This document shows positions 12,761 through 25,129 of a DNA stretch of 64,000 nucleotides, piece by piece (position 1 is the first letter of the stretch; each line of letters starts with the position of its first letter). Source of the stretch: Epiperipatus broadwayi (taxonomy: Eukaryota; Animalia; Onychophora); NCBI GenBank assembly GCA_028023455.1, contig JAQFVV010000010.1, forward strand, positions 8,742,001-8,806,000, read 5' to 3'. The notes beneath the pieces are model-generated. The model was not told the DNA's origin and ran no database searches. It saw nothing but the letters and a program-made list of their open reading frames with translations. The translations under genes and the position numbers were made by a program.

Positions 12761-13510
12761 TTTTGAAATTATCTAGTAACTTGATGTTAATTGAAGATCT
12801 GAATGAAAAATTTAACACAAAATTGGAAATAAGTTATCAACTGATTAGAAATTGAAAAAAGTATATAAAGTAAGTTTTTTTCCCTGCTAGCCTAAAGTTT
12901 TGAGTCTTTATAAGTATAAACAGCCAGAGTCTATTAACTTGGTTGCCAGCAAGTGAATTAATTGTTGGAAACTTGAAATTGAATTTTTATTACTAAACAA
13001 AGATCATAGTTTGCTACAATAATATTAAAAATAAGGGTATGTTTGACTGATCTTTGGACTTTGAAACTCTGTGCTGGTATTATTGGCAACAGACACTGGT
13101 CATCAGATGGCTTTTTTAAAAAAATTATCGTTGGGTAATTTAATTTTAATTGGAAGTAAATAATCAATTTATTAAAGGTATATTATCTTGTATTAGACTA
13201 AGGTTTTGAATTCTTTTTAAGCATAAACATCAGAACTTGTTAACTTGTTTGTGAGCAAGTGAATTGCTTGCTGGGAAATTTGTAAATGGAATTTTTTTTT
13301 GTCCAATAAAGATCAAGCATTGGTGGTCAAGAGGTCAGCGATGGCTGCTTTACAAACAGTTGTCCCGGGTTAGCGGGTTTCCGGCTGATGCTATGACACA
13401 TGAGAGAAAAAAAGATCGGAATTTGCTACAATATAATTAAAAATAAGCTTATGTTTGACTCAACTTTGGATTTTGAAATATTGTTTTCTAAAATTATCGT
13501 TGTGTAACTT
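12750..13510. repeat. Degenerate tandem duplication, ~300-bp unit, about 2.3 copies
   Basis: gcaagtgaatt at ~12948 and ~13255; tttgctacaat...aaaaataag...tatgtttgact at ~13010 and ~13422; aaattatc...gtaa(c/t)tt at ~12765, ~13122 and ~13490. Confidence 0.7.
13315..13410 (+). mobile_element. tRNA-derived short SINE (TAC-loop subfamily)
   Basis: Matches 50893-50986 and the reverse complement of 32589-32693; TSD aaagatc at 13308-13314 and 13411-13417. Confidence 0.85.
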
Positions 13511-14030
13511 GATTTTATTATTATTATTTGCATCCAACACAAAAAAAGTCAAGAAAACAAGACTATTTTGATAATATTAACTTCTTTTAAAATATCAAAA
13601 ATTTCATATCAGTGCTTAGCAAATTAGACTATTGCTTTAAATATGGTGCATATATACATACAGTAAAGAAAAAAAAGTAATAAAAATATGAGAAAAAATA
13701 TTATTGTGATTTATATGTATATAGCTAAATAAATTTATCAATATAGCAAACACTTTTTGACAGGTAACTTCTTTTAGTATTTACTTAATTGATTATTAAT
13801 CATCATTACATAAGTTATAAATTATTACATTTATGTAACCTTAAATACAGACTTTATTAAGTTTAATAATGTTTAAATATATATATTGATCTCGTTTTTG
13901 CTTTGTAAAACACATGAAAAATATTGCTTAAGCAAAAGGGGCGAAAAAAAATTTATAAAATTTCAAATAAAGTAGGCAATGCAATTTCTGTATAAATTTG
14001 ACTACTTACCTTAATAAGTAGGCTTAAGAT

Positions 14031-14134
14031 CGCAAGCATTCCGAGAGGTCAGCGCAGCCGCCTTGCAAAGAAGCAGTTGGTTGCAGACCGTTCGGGTTCG
14101 CCTCCCAGCCAATGCTATGACATATGGAAAAAAA
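14031..14134 (+). mobile_element. tRNA-derived short SINE (TGC-loop subfamily)
   Basis: 15-bp TSD aagtaggcttaagat at 14016-14030 and 14135-14149; GGTTCGCCTCCC box; TATGACATATGG-polyA tail. Confidence 0.85.
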
Positions 14135-16549
14135 AAGTAGGCTTAAGATATTTTTCCAGGTAGCTGAAAGATCGCCTACTGGTCATTAAGTATTGGTCAG
14201 AAAATCAGGTCTGTCTTTTCTTAAGGGGAAGATAAAGTTTTCAGATTAATTTGCATTGGTCAAATAAATATTAATGCACTGACTATAAAATGAAAAAAAA
14301 TCAAATAATTACATCATGATTTACCTTTTAATTTGTCTTAACCAACACATTTTAGAAGAAAGTATGAATTTTCATTTCACAATTACTACCGTCATTTTTT
14401 TCAAAAGGAGACGATTATTAACAAAATAATATTTTTATAAAATAAAAAAAAATCCACTAACGGTAAATAATATTTGTTTAAAATTCTTTATAAAGAGCTG
14501 CAAAAATAATTCATTTAACATTTTTTTAAAAACAAAGATGTAAACTGATTTTCACAAACAAGCAATAAATGACGAGGAACTTCATTAAGAAGGTTTCAGT
14601 TCACAAACATGATAAAATAAAAATAGAAAAGATTAAAAAAAGATAGAAGCTATATGCTGGAATGAATTTGCAGGAAAACAAAAATCATAATACTAAACAG
14701 ATGTTGAAAGAATTTTTTTTTTAAACTTTTTAAAAAAAATATGTATATATATTTGAAAATTTGCAATTATTGGAGTTCAAGATAAATTTAATATAAAACT
14801 TACATATATAAATACAATGAAATAAAACAACATTAAATAATTAATTGAAAGGCAATAGATGTAATTTATTACGTTAATAAATTAACATCAGTGAACATTT
14901 TTTATGATTTTCAGTCTGGTTTTGTTCTTTAACTAAATAATTACTGACTAATGTTTACTTACCAACGATTAAAAGATTATCTGGATTAGCTCTAAAAAAT
15001 TTCCTATACTGAAAATTTATTTTATCTAAAGTATCCAGTAATTGTAAAGTTTCATCTGGATTCACATTCCAAGTCACAGTTATTAGCAGACAGATGTAAT
15101 AACCATCATATTACGAAGTTTATATATATGCCAGTAAACTAATATGCATATAGCCTACTATATTTCTAGTTGAAATTTAAGTCTTGGAGAGTCCTAAATT
15201 TTTTTTTTTCATTTAGGTGCCTCTTAGCCAACCCGATTAACAATTTAATGGTAATTTATAAGTAGAAATTCAATTATTTTTAAAGATAATTCATGGATTC
15301 AATGTCCTTAAGATGATAATTTTTTTGTGACCAGCACTGCACAATATTCTGATGTGTACTTAGTAATATTGAGGCTTGGCATAGCTGATGAAAAGGGTTC
15401 TATTTGCAAGCCTTGCACAACATTTTACATTTGAGATAAATTATAAACTAATAGAATATGCTAAAATATCCTTTCATAAATAATATCAAAGTGATGACTC
15501 TCATTTAATGAAACTTAATGTTCTATTTAATATCTATTGCCAGACACTAAAGTAAAATAAACCAGAAATAAATTAGCCTGTGAAAAATGTCCGAAATTCA
15601 GTAAAAGCCTTTTTAAAATTTTATAATAAATGCAAGTTTAGGACATAATAGTTTTGGAAATTAATTTAGGAAAGCATTTAATTTTATACTTTTGCATTTT
15701 TATCATTTATTTAGCTTATGAATTTTTTTAAAATAAATGATTATTTCAAACATTATAAAGAAATCTGTAAAAGATTTTCTAAATAGGAAATAGATTCACT
15801 AGTACTTTACTGAGCCTAAGGTTTTGCCTGTCTTCAAGGCTTGTGTTTAACCACAACTAAACTTCATTTCTGAAGATGTAGTCCATGAGTGATACTGAAT
15901 CTATTAACTATCCAATAATCTGGAAAAAAACAACTCCAGTTCTTTGGGATTCTTAAAAAGTTAAGCTAATTATTTATCTACAAATTTTGGGTTATTGAAT
16001 GTTTTTAGTTAAACATCCAGAAAAAGATCATACTTTAGATGATAAATTATTTTTCAGTTAGTGAAAAGTCTGATATACTTAATAGTTTCTTATATTTGCT
16101 TTGAGGTTTCATCTCATATATGGAAGAGGAATGTATAAAATAATAAAAACTATTGTAAGAAAATGACCTGAATATGCCAATAATATTTCTCATGGTAATA
16201 TTTAATTTTTTGCAATAAAATTAAAACTTTGATCTCCTGCATTCATTTATTAGTAATATATGTCTTAAGAAATAATCCAACAAACCAAATCATCTAATTT
16301 TACTTTAGCCAATTTAAAAATTTGGCTACATTTCTATTTAAATATTATCTTTATACTTATTTGTACAATTAGATGTAAATTGTGATTGATATGCATATTA
16401 CGAAATGCAGTAAAATTAGCTTGGCAGCAGAAAACTAAACATTTATTTATATATATATATAAAAGATAGTGCATTAGATAATCATATATTTCAGACATTC
16501 TACAACTGAACTTCCAAATATTTCAAATAAGTTACTTTGGATTTATATA

Positions 16550-16745
16550 AATATAGGGGTTTTGAAATCACACTTTCAAGCCACTTCAACCATCCACACT
16601 ATCTCATACTACTGATGCACATGACCACATACATGCAGAAAAGATAAATAATCACCAATATGCATATTTTGTGCTGAACCAGCACTCATCATCAGTTGGT
16701 CCAGATTATCATCCTTCACACATATATGAAATCAGTGTTCAATTT
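16550..16745 (-). mobile_element. F1 hammerhead repeat, single orientation
   Basis: Hammerhead at 16654-16700: ACCAA-CTGATGA(TGA)-GTGCT ggttc AGCAC-AAAA-TATGCATA-TTGGT (TGA duplication, G12 to A); downstream A/B-box-like segment. Confidence 0.8.
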
Positions 16746-17329
16746 ATATGTATATTATTTTTAATTTTTTTAAATTGTTAAGTCAACTTCATTAGTAAAT
16801 TTTGGATTTGTATTTATTATTTTTCCTTTTTTTTTAATTCTTAAGGCAGTTTAATAGTGAATGTTTATATAAATAATTGCTTTATTTAATGATATAATGA
16901 TTTATTATTTTAAATTATGACTTTAGGTTTAAAATGATTCTGTAAATTTGTTAAAAGTTTGGATATCAATATTGATACAAAGATTAAGTATTATTATTTG
17001 GTCATATTATAAAGAAATCACGTCATATGTCACATGACCTAATTTAAGCTTATCTTATTGTGAGTTGGAGAAAGAAGTTTTGATTAGCTAAAAAAAAAAA
17101 CCATGTGATTTTTCTTTGAGGCCTTAATGAAATCAAGCAAAACAAATTCCTAATGTCTATTCCATACACCCTTGTCATCACAACTGTTATTATTGCATAA
17201 TTACTTTTACAATACATGAATATGGATAGACTGTGTATAAATACACTTCAGATAATGTGAGTTTATTGGCTTTTTATTTCTGAATTTAAATCCAAAGTAA
17301 AGTTGCCAGCCAAAGCAGCAGTTGATGGT

Positions 17330-20300
17330 CAAAAATGAAAGATACTAAGAACCCCATCTGTGAGTCCAAACTGTCTTTGGTGATGACCTTTATTTAGGAA
17401 CATACAATTGCACATCATTTTTAGTGTAAAAAGTTTGCATGAATTGGAAGAATTATCTAATATTAAAAAGAATATTGTCGGACTTTGTAAAGTTAGAAGA
17501 AAAGGTGAAGAAGACATTAATCCCAAACTGAACATGCACTTTATTGCAAAGGCATAAAGAGAGGAGGAACATGTGGAATAAAATTCATTAAAAATAAAAA
17601 GAGAAAAAGTAAATTGATATATGCAATACAGTGACAAAATAGAAGCTATCAAGTGCAGATAATTCAGGTTATTGTGATGAAAAAGTAGAGAACATTTATA
17701 TGGATGTGCAAAAATGTTTTTGATTAAACCCAACGATATTTTAAAGTGGGCATGGATAATTTTATTGCTAGACTGAATGATGAAAAAGCTATGGGTAAAT
17801 TGACTGCAGTCATAAAAAGAGGAAACACTATATTTTATGAATTCTTTCTCTGAAAAAAAAAAATCTAAGTAAAAATAAACACAGAAGCATTCAAATTAAG
17901 ATATGGCAGAAGTAGATTATATTTTGACTATCAGAGATTAGATCTTTCAAGATCATAATGTAGTAAAAGATTCAACACATAAAGTAACCATTGATTAGTC
18001 AAATATAAGATAGATAAATGGTTAATTCACTAAATATCAGCCTTTTACAGCTACTGTACATGCGCTTTAATGAGTGTTAAATAATAAATGAATACTTTTC
18101 AGTGCCCATACAAGATATAGCATTTAAGAAAGAATAAAATGAATACTTATTCTTTCCGAACCCAAATGTTTATATATGGGCAAATCTTAAATACTGGCAA
18201 ATAAAGCATGAAGATAGATCATTCACTTTAAATTATGGTTCGCGTTGTCTGACTGAATGACGTTGACGAAATTACTTAGAATTTACTTAAACGTCACTTT
18301 CAAACGAAACTCAAACATATGTAAACAAGCATCTATTTATATAGCACGTAATTCACTAAAATCAGCCTTTTACAGCTACTGTACATGCGCTTTAATGAGT
18401 GTTAAATAATAAATGAATCCTTTTCAGTGCCCATACAAGATATAGCATTTAAGAAAGAATAAAATGAACACTTATTCTTTCCGAACCCAAATGTTTATAT
18501 ATGGGCAAATCTTAAGTACTGGCAAATAAAGCGTGAAGATAGATCATTCACTTTAAATTACGGTTCGCGTTGCCTGACTAAATGACGTCGACGAAATTAC
18601 TTAGAATTTACTTAAATGGTTAATGAAAAATTCGAGATGAAAGCTATTAAGAAAGATAGTATTAATAGTTAATATTTTAATCTTTAAAAACACTTAATCT
18701 TCAGAAACACTCATTAATTAAATTTAGGATTTTTTAATCATACAAATTTGATTAAAATCAATAAAAAGTTAACTAAATTTCTATTAAGAATTGCCAAAAA
18801 TATAGCTGGTATAAAACAAGCAGCAATTTACGAAAAAAATTTTTACTGACTCAAAAAAAATATGTGAAGAAAAGAAGAAATTATAATTTTTTAAAAAAAT
18901 AAATTTAATAAAAGAAATAAATTTCTAAAGTTTTGGAAAATGGTATAAAAAAGAGTTAATAATAATATAAAAAATATAATTATGATTTGACAAAGAAAGC
19001 TATAGAAGAAAATAAAAATTTCAAAAGTGTAAAATAACAAAAGAGAGATGATTTCATAAAATGTGTGGATAAATTCTATAAAGAATTAGTAAAGAAGAAC
19101 AAGTAAACAAAGTATACTCTACAATTATCTGAATTGGCAAGAACTGTAATATGAATCTAGGGAGAAGAAAAAACTCCACAAGATGATTAAATTATTATTG
19201 ATAATTAAGAGTAAGTAACAGTTGAAAAAATAGAAAAATTGTTGAAAGAGTTATATATCAAATATAAAAAGATAAGGATGTATAAGATGACTAGAAGAAT
19301 TCACTAATAATAATATTGATAGTTAAGAAAGGTGATAAAATTGTTAGAAATTACAAAATTATCAATCTTCCATCAGTTCTATTCAAAATCTTTAACGACC
19401 ATTACAACTTGTCTTCAGCAAATTTTGGACAGCCAAAAGAAGAAGCTGGATTTAAAAATGGTTTTAATATAGTAGATCATATCAAAGTATAGAGAGAAGT
19501 TATAGAAAGTGTAAATGAATAAGTTATCATTCTGCTTTGCATTTGTAGATAATGATAAGGCATTTGATTCTACAAGGATTTCTATAATGATTTAAAGCAT
19601 TCGATTATCAAGATATAGATCCAGAATATTCCTAGTAATACCTCAAAATTTATAGCAACTCTGTTATTTCAAGAATAACAGAAAAGCAATATTCCTGGTA
19701 ATATTTACTAAAAGCAACAGCAGTTATTATATTACATGAAATTTTCTAAAAATATTATGATTGAGGGGTGTAAGACAGGTGATTCCATATCTCCAAAACG
19801 TTTTACAGCCAAGAAGTATTTTATAGATTGAAGTTGGAAATAAAGTAAAAATAAATGGATATTATTTAAGTTATCTAGATTTTGTGGATAAGGTGGTTGT
19901 TTTTTTGAATAGTGATTTAGACATTCAGGAAATGTAAGAGGCATCAGATGAAAATAAGAAAATAAGATTAAAGATAAATGCTAGTAAAAAATATAAAACA
20001 AGATCCAATGAATTTTCTCATTAGAAAAAAATAAAGATTGATAATGATTAGTCAGAATAAGTTAACAACTACAAATACTTCGGTCAGATTGTTAATATAG
20101 ATGGAAACTCATGGATGAAATTAATCATAGAATTAAGCTTAGATTGAGTGCTATTGATAGAAATAATATTAAAAAAATATTCCTATGTGTTTGAAAAAAG
20201 TTTTTAATAAATGGATTTTACCAGTTATTACATATAGATATGAGTCTTGGACATTCAAAAAAAGAGCAATACAGAGATTCCAGATCACCCAATGAAACAC

Positions 20301-20420
20301 AAAGAAATGTATATTAAAGTAATAAGAATAGAATAAAAACAGAATACACAGGTGGAAAAACTGAAATACTGTGCTGGTCATATTTTTACAGAAGATAATA
20401 ATAGATGAACACTTGAAATT
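17330..20420 (+). mobile_element. Near full-length decayed RTE LINE (APE endonuclease plus RT), interrupted by the F3 insertion at 18027-18612
   Basis: LHELEELSNIKKNIVGLCKVRRKGEE (~17440-17520) is an RTE endonuclease motif; 19330-20420 aligns with the RTE at 1-1000. Confidence 0.8.
18027..18612. mobile_element. F3 tandem repeat insertion, 1.8 copies of a 325-bp unit
   Basis: cagccttttacagc at 18038 and 18363; 12-bp TSD taaatggttaat at 18015-18026 and 18613-18624. Confidence 0.9.
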
Positions 20421-22379
20421 TATAAACCAGTCACTACCATAGGCAATGATTTATTCCAACATATGTATATCACATGCTTCTGGATTATTCAGACTAACAC
20501 AGAAATTGATTAATTTTTCAGTCAGTTTTACAATAGCTTGGATATTTCAAATTTTTTTTGAATTGTTATTTTAAATGCAATTGCTGATTACTATTTACTT
20601 TTATTTTTATTAGGCTTTTTTTGTTGTTTTCAACACAAATCATGTAAATACATTATAGGTAAAACAAAAGTAATGTTCAAACTGAATGCCCTATATAGTT
20701 CAGTAGTAGAGAAGCAAGAATAACAGATAAAGGTTTCTAGATTGATTTTCAGAAGAATAAAAGAAAAAATAATTCAATTTGGTCAATATTCTACAATCAG
20801 TCACTGAGTAATAAAGGCCATTTAGAGATGTTTATATTTTGCATAAAGTTTTCAAAAATGAGAAATTTCTCATGGTCAGAAGAAAGTGGATCAACTTCTT
20901 GCAAATCTTTAAAAAGACTGTGACCTACAGATATACAAAATTAATTACAAAAGTGGGCAACAAATGTTTTAATGAAGACCCATTCAAAATTTTCTGTGCA
21001 AATATATTCTACTTACTCATCTGACCTCCTGAACAATGTAATTATATTTTTTATTGAATAAATTATTCTAATATGTAATAAATTTTGAGAGCCTGAAGAA
21101 TATCAAAATTTCACAGTTCAAGTAATGTTTTAATAAGTATATATTATAAGTATAATTTTAGCAAAATAAAGTGATTCATTCTGTTTAGATCTCGTAGAAA
21201 TTTACCCAAAGGTCTTTGTAAGCAATTGACATATTACATACTGCTATATTTTAAGTGTTTCAAGCATTTCTCATCACTGAATTCTATATGCAAATAATGA
21301 AACAAACAATGAGGAATTAGCAGATATTCTAAGTGTCTATGTGAGATAATCACACCATCGCTAATATATCTTAAAACAGCTATGTATTTTCATTATAAAA
21401 TGTTTGAGAACTTTCAGTTAAATACATCCATTCAAATAAATAAATAAGCATATCAGAAATTAGTAAATGACTTCCAAGATGTATTGCTGTTGTCAATTAT
21501 ACCAGATCATTATACCCCTTAAATGTCTTCATTATCATTCATTATTTATCTACCATATTTTGGTTTAATGTAAAAAACATCTCTAATATGTTATTTTTTA
21601 TAAATTATTATTATTATATAATTATCAGTTAGTAATTATGTAATTGTTGTAACATTTATGTCATATTAAATTATATACATATATGTATATACAAATAATA
21701 TTTATGTCATATTAAATTATGTGTTTAAGTGTGTGTACAAAATGATTTGTATAATCATGACAAAATTTACATTTAGCAGCTTGTTCTTTGTATTTTTTCT
21801 CAGTGTTTGAATGACTATCATTTGTGAATATTTCTAGTTATTGTATACAGGTTAAAACGAAGGTTTTTATAGCAAAAATAATGTTTTAATGGCCATTGAT
21901 GTATGTGATTAGAAATTGTTATTGCTGTAAAATTAACATTTTATCATGTAGGTAATTGACTGCAATTGTAAAATCGTGTTGATTTATAACAGAGATGTAC
22001 AAACCATATTGGAAAAAGAAGACTTGTCTTGGGTTACACATTGCTTATGCCATCAGTATCAAAAGCTGATGAACAAAAAAAAAAGATTCATGTATAATTT
22101 TGGTGATATCTTCCACCTTAGATAAGCAAAAAAGTATTACATATAATAATCCTAATTATATAGCAGTCTATTCAGAGAATCTTTTACAATCATCAAGCAA
22201 GTCCCATGTTTGTGATACTTAATAAATAGATATCTAAGTAATAAAATATTTCTGAGTTTTATATTTTTAATTATAAAAGTAAAAGAAAAGAGGACAACAT
22301 ATAACTAATGAAATATTTAATATTGCATTTGTAAAACTAATGCTTCAGTATCCAGTGTGATGAAAGTAATTGCAATTGT

Positions 22380-23440
22380 CAGTGAGTTTTTAAGACCTTC
22401 ATTAGGTATTTTAGTTCCAATTTAATTTTTATTAATGCGTTTTATTCTTGAAAACAGTTGTTTGCTAATGCAAATGCTGCCAAAAATGATGTCAAGAATA
22501 AAGTATGATTATAATTCAAGGGATATTTGTCTCTGGGATGATAGGATCTATAAAAATCCAGTAAAAAGATATATAAACAATATTAAGTTGAATGTCATAC
22601 TGCAGTTCTATGCATCCCCATTTGAAAAATACCAGATAACATTCATATTGTTGAAAAATGGACTCACAAGTATAACAAAATATTATTTTCTGAGAAATCA
22701 TAAAATCAAACCTATTTTTAAATTCTTGTATCTAATTGAAAAGTGAGACTTCATATTTTTCCCTACTCACAGGATTGCATTTAGTCTATGTATCAAAATG
22801 CATAAAATTGTTGGCTTTAATTTGAGCATGCCATAATCTCAGTTTCATTTAGAATGCTATTATGATTTAAAATATTGTTCTAATAAATTGATTTTCTCTT
22901 CCAAGAACTTTGTTTAATTCATTAAAATGAGAATAAATCGACTAAAAATGCCATATCTGTAAGCCAGCTTTCAACAACAAGTTCTGATACAAATTTGTTT
23001 TTTTCGATATTATAAATAACTTACAAAGCATAGAATCAATCTCAACTTACCCATTCCAAAAAAAAAAAGGTAAAAAATGTTATCATAACCAGCATCAATA
23101 CTTTGAAGAAATTTCTAGATTTGATAAAGATTCACTTCTTTGACCCTTATTATATCTGCCAAGTTTTCTATACATTGCTTAGTAAAATCACTATCATTAA
23201 ACAGTTTTAATTTTTTAGCTAACAAATATACTACCACATAACTAGCTTCTATAATGAAATCTGTCAGAATTGGAACCTTTTGCAAAAAAAAATAATAATA
23301 TCAAGAAGACTCTTGCAAAATGACAGCATGTTTTTATGTAATATCTTTTCAAATTATAGCATTTTAGAACTTGTGTAAATTTCCTACAAATTGAGCAGAG
23401 TGCCTTAAATATTTGCCCCAACAATAAAGTAGCCTGTCGA
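22380..23440 (-). pseudogene. Internally deleted, decayed hAT (Charlie/GTF2IRD2-EPM2AIP1-like) transposase
   Basis: Minus-strand motifs ALCSICRK...VLKCYNLKRYY (BED finger), LLAKKLKLFNDSDFTKQC, LTDMAFLVDL...FNELNKVL, KLRLWHAQ, IELQYD, FGSICISKQLFSRIK. Confidence 0.8.
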
Positions 23441-24961
23441 CGTTTTATTGAACAATATTCCTGCTTCTATAAATTACTTTTTTTTTTTTGAGATTTATAG
23501 AAGCCATGCTTGGATTAAAAATAATATTTATAAATGGGTTTTATTTATTTTTATTTTGAAAATTAATTGTCAGGGAAATGAAAAGCAAGGTTTAGGTCAT
23601 TCCATACCCCTGTCAGCTGCCAATGCAGAGTGAGACAGAGACAGATTGTAAGAGATCTATTAGATAGCATGAGCCCATCTGTAAATGGGTGCTGATTTTA
23701 TAGATTGGTGGTCGTTATAGCACCTACTACAAGACTCAACTATTGTGTGGAGAGAGTCATTTATCTATTAGATGATAGCCAGTGATTTTTCTGCCTATCA
23801 AAATGATGTGATCAGTTTATGAATGAGCTAACACTAATTCATCAGCTCATTTCTAGCCCTACTACATGAGTCATTGCTGAGGTATAGAAGTATCTTTAAT
23901 AATAAAATAAGAATGTTTACCTGATTTCTAAATAATTTCAAATTCTAATGTTGCAATGATAAATTGAAATATCACTGTTAGTCATTGACCACATGTGACA
24001 TCATATATTGTTAATTCTATGACCTGCGTTTGGAAGATAACATGCTGAAAGCCATAAACTACTACAAAATTGAAGCCACATGTGTGTATGAATATAGTCA
24101 TATTATAAGCACATAATCATAAAAAAATCTCATAATATTTTAAATAAGTTTAATATTTTGTACTAAGCAACATTCATAGCCATCAAGGGCTACATCTACA
24201 CCCCTGACTTATAAAGATTATATCAAAAAAAAAAAATAATTGGAAAGGCAGAGTACTGTAAAAGAAAGCAGTAAGACATTAATTTTCAATAGATAATTTA
24301 AATAGACATTTGTTTTCTTTTTTTCTTTTTTTTAAAGAAAGGGAAAATTTAAGCAATTATCTTCAGAGTATCAAAAGAATAAAAGAAAAAAAATATAGAA
24401 AACAAAATAAGTATTTAAAGCAATTCAGTTAATCTCCTATGAAATAAGAACAAGTCTTACTATCAATATAGGTAAATAGTAGTTCTGTAAATACTAGAAG
24501 ACATCATCTATCTTAGCTATGAACCATAAGTCACTATTGAAAAGGTACATGTGTCAATGTTAATGAATGTAAGCATATACACATTCAACTTTTCATAGAT
24601 GAATGTAGTTTGATTTTCAAGTGCTTGAATGCTTTGATAAGAAAAACTTAATATTTACATGTTTTGATTAAGCTTATCACTTTTGAAACTATTTATTGTC
24701 TTATATTCGTAGCATTTATGAATATGAGACCATAAATAGGTTTTGAAAGCATTAAGTTTAATAATAAAACAGGTAAATTCTAAACTTTTTTATCACAGTG
24801 TCCAAGCACTTCAAAGTCACACTATATATATGTGTGTTAAATCTTAAATGTGAATATAAAAAATATTCTATGGCATGAGGTAATAAAATATTATATGAGA
24901 TATTTTGGGAGATAGTTAATTTCAAAATATTCTTCCAGTATTTCTGTCCAAATTCAAAATA

Positions 24962-25129
24962 ACATGATCACTATTTCTTATGCTTGCTCTTAACTGTTAT
25001 TCAAACAGGCAAACTCTCTCTATATATGGCCACTCAATGCAATCCAGAGCAATCAATGGATGACAGAAGGCTTGTGCATAAAATCCTCATCCACTGAGTG
25101 GCCATACATATAGAGAATTTTGCCTGTTT
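24962..25129. mobile_element. Short F2 fold-back insertion (hammerhead not reached)
   Basis: caaacaggcaaa...ggccactca (25002-25036) inverted at ~25092-25130; degenerate 16-bp TSD gtccaaattcaaaata / gttcaaattcgaaata. Confidence 0.8.

Noticed and set aside
15372-15412. CTGATGA inside a GGCTT/AAGCC hairpin
   Set aside because: No stem II-GAAA-UH arrangement
15862-15905. Degenerate hammerhead CTGAAGA-T-GTA...TAC-T-GAAT
   Set aside because: No GAAA, poor stems I and II, single copy
17329-17733. 134-aa minus-strand ORF
   Set aside because: Antisense shadow of the RTE endonuclease region
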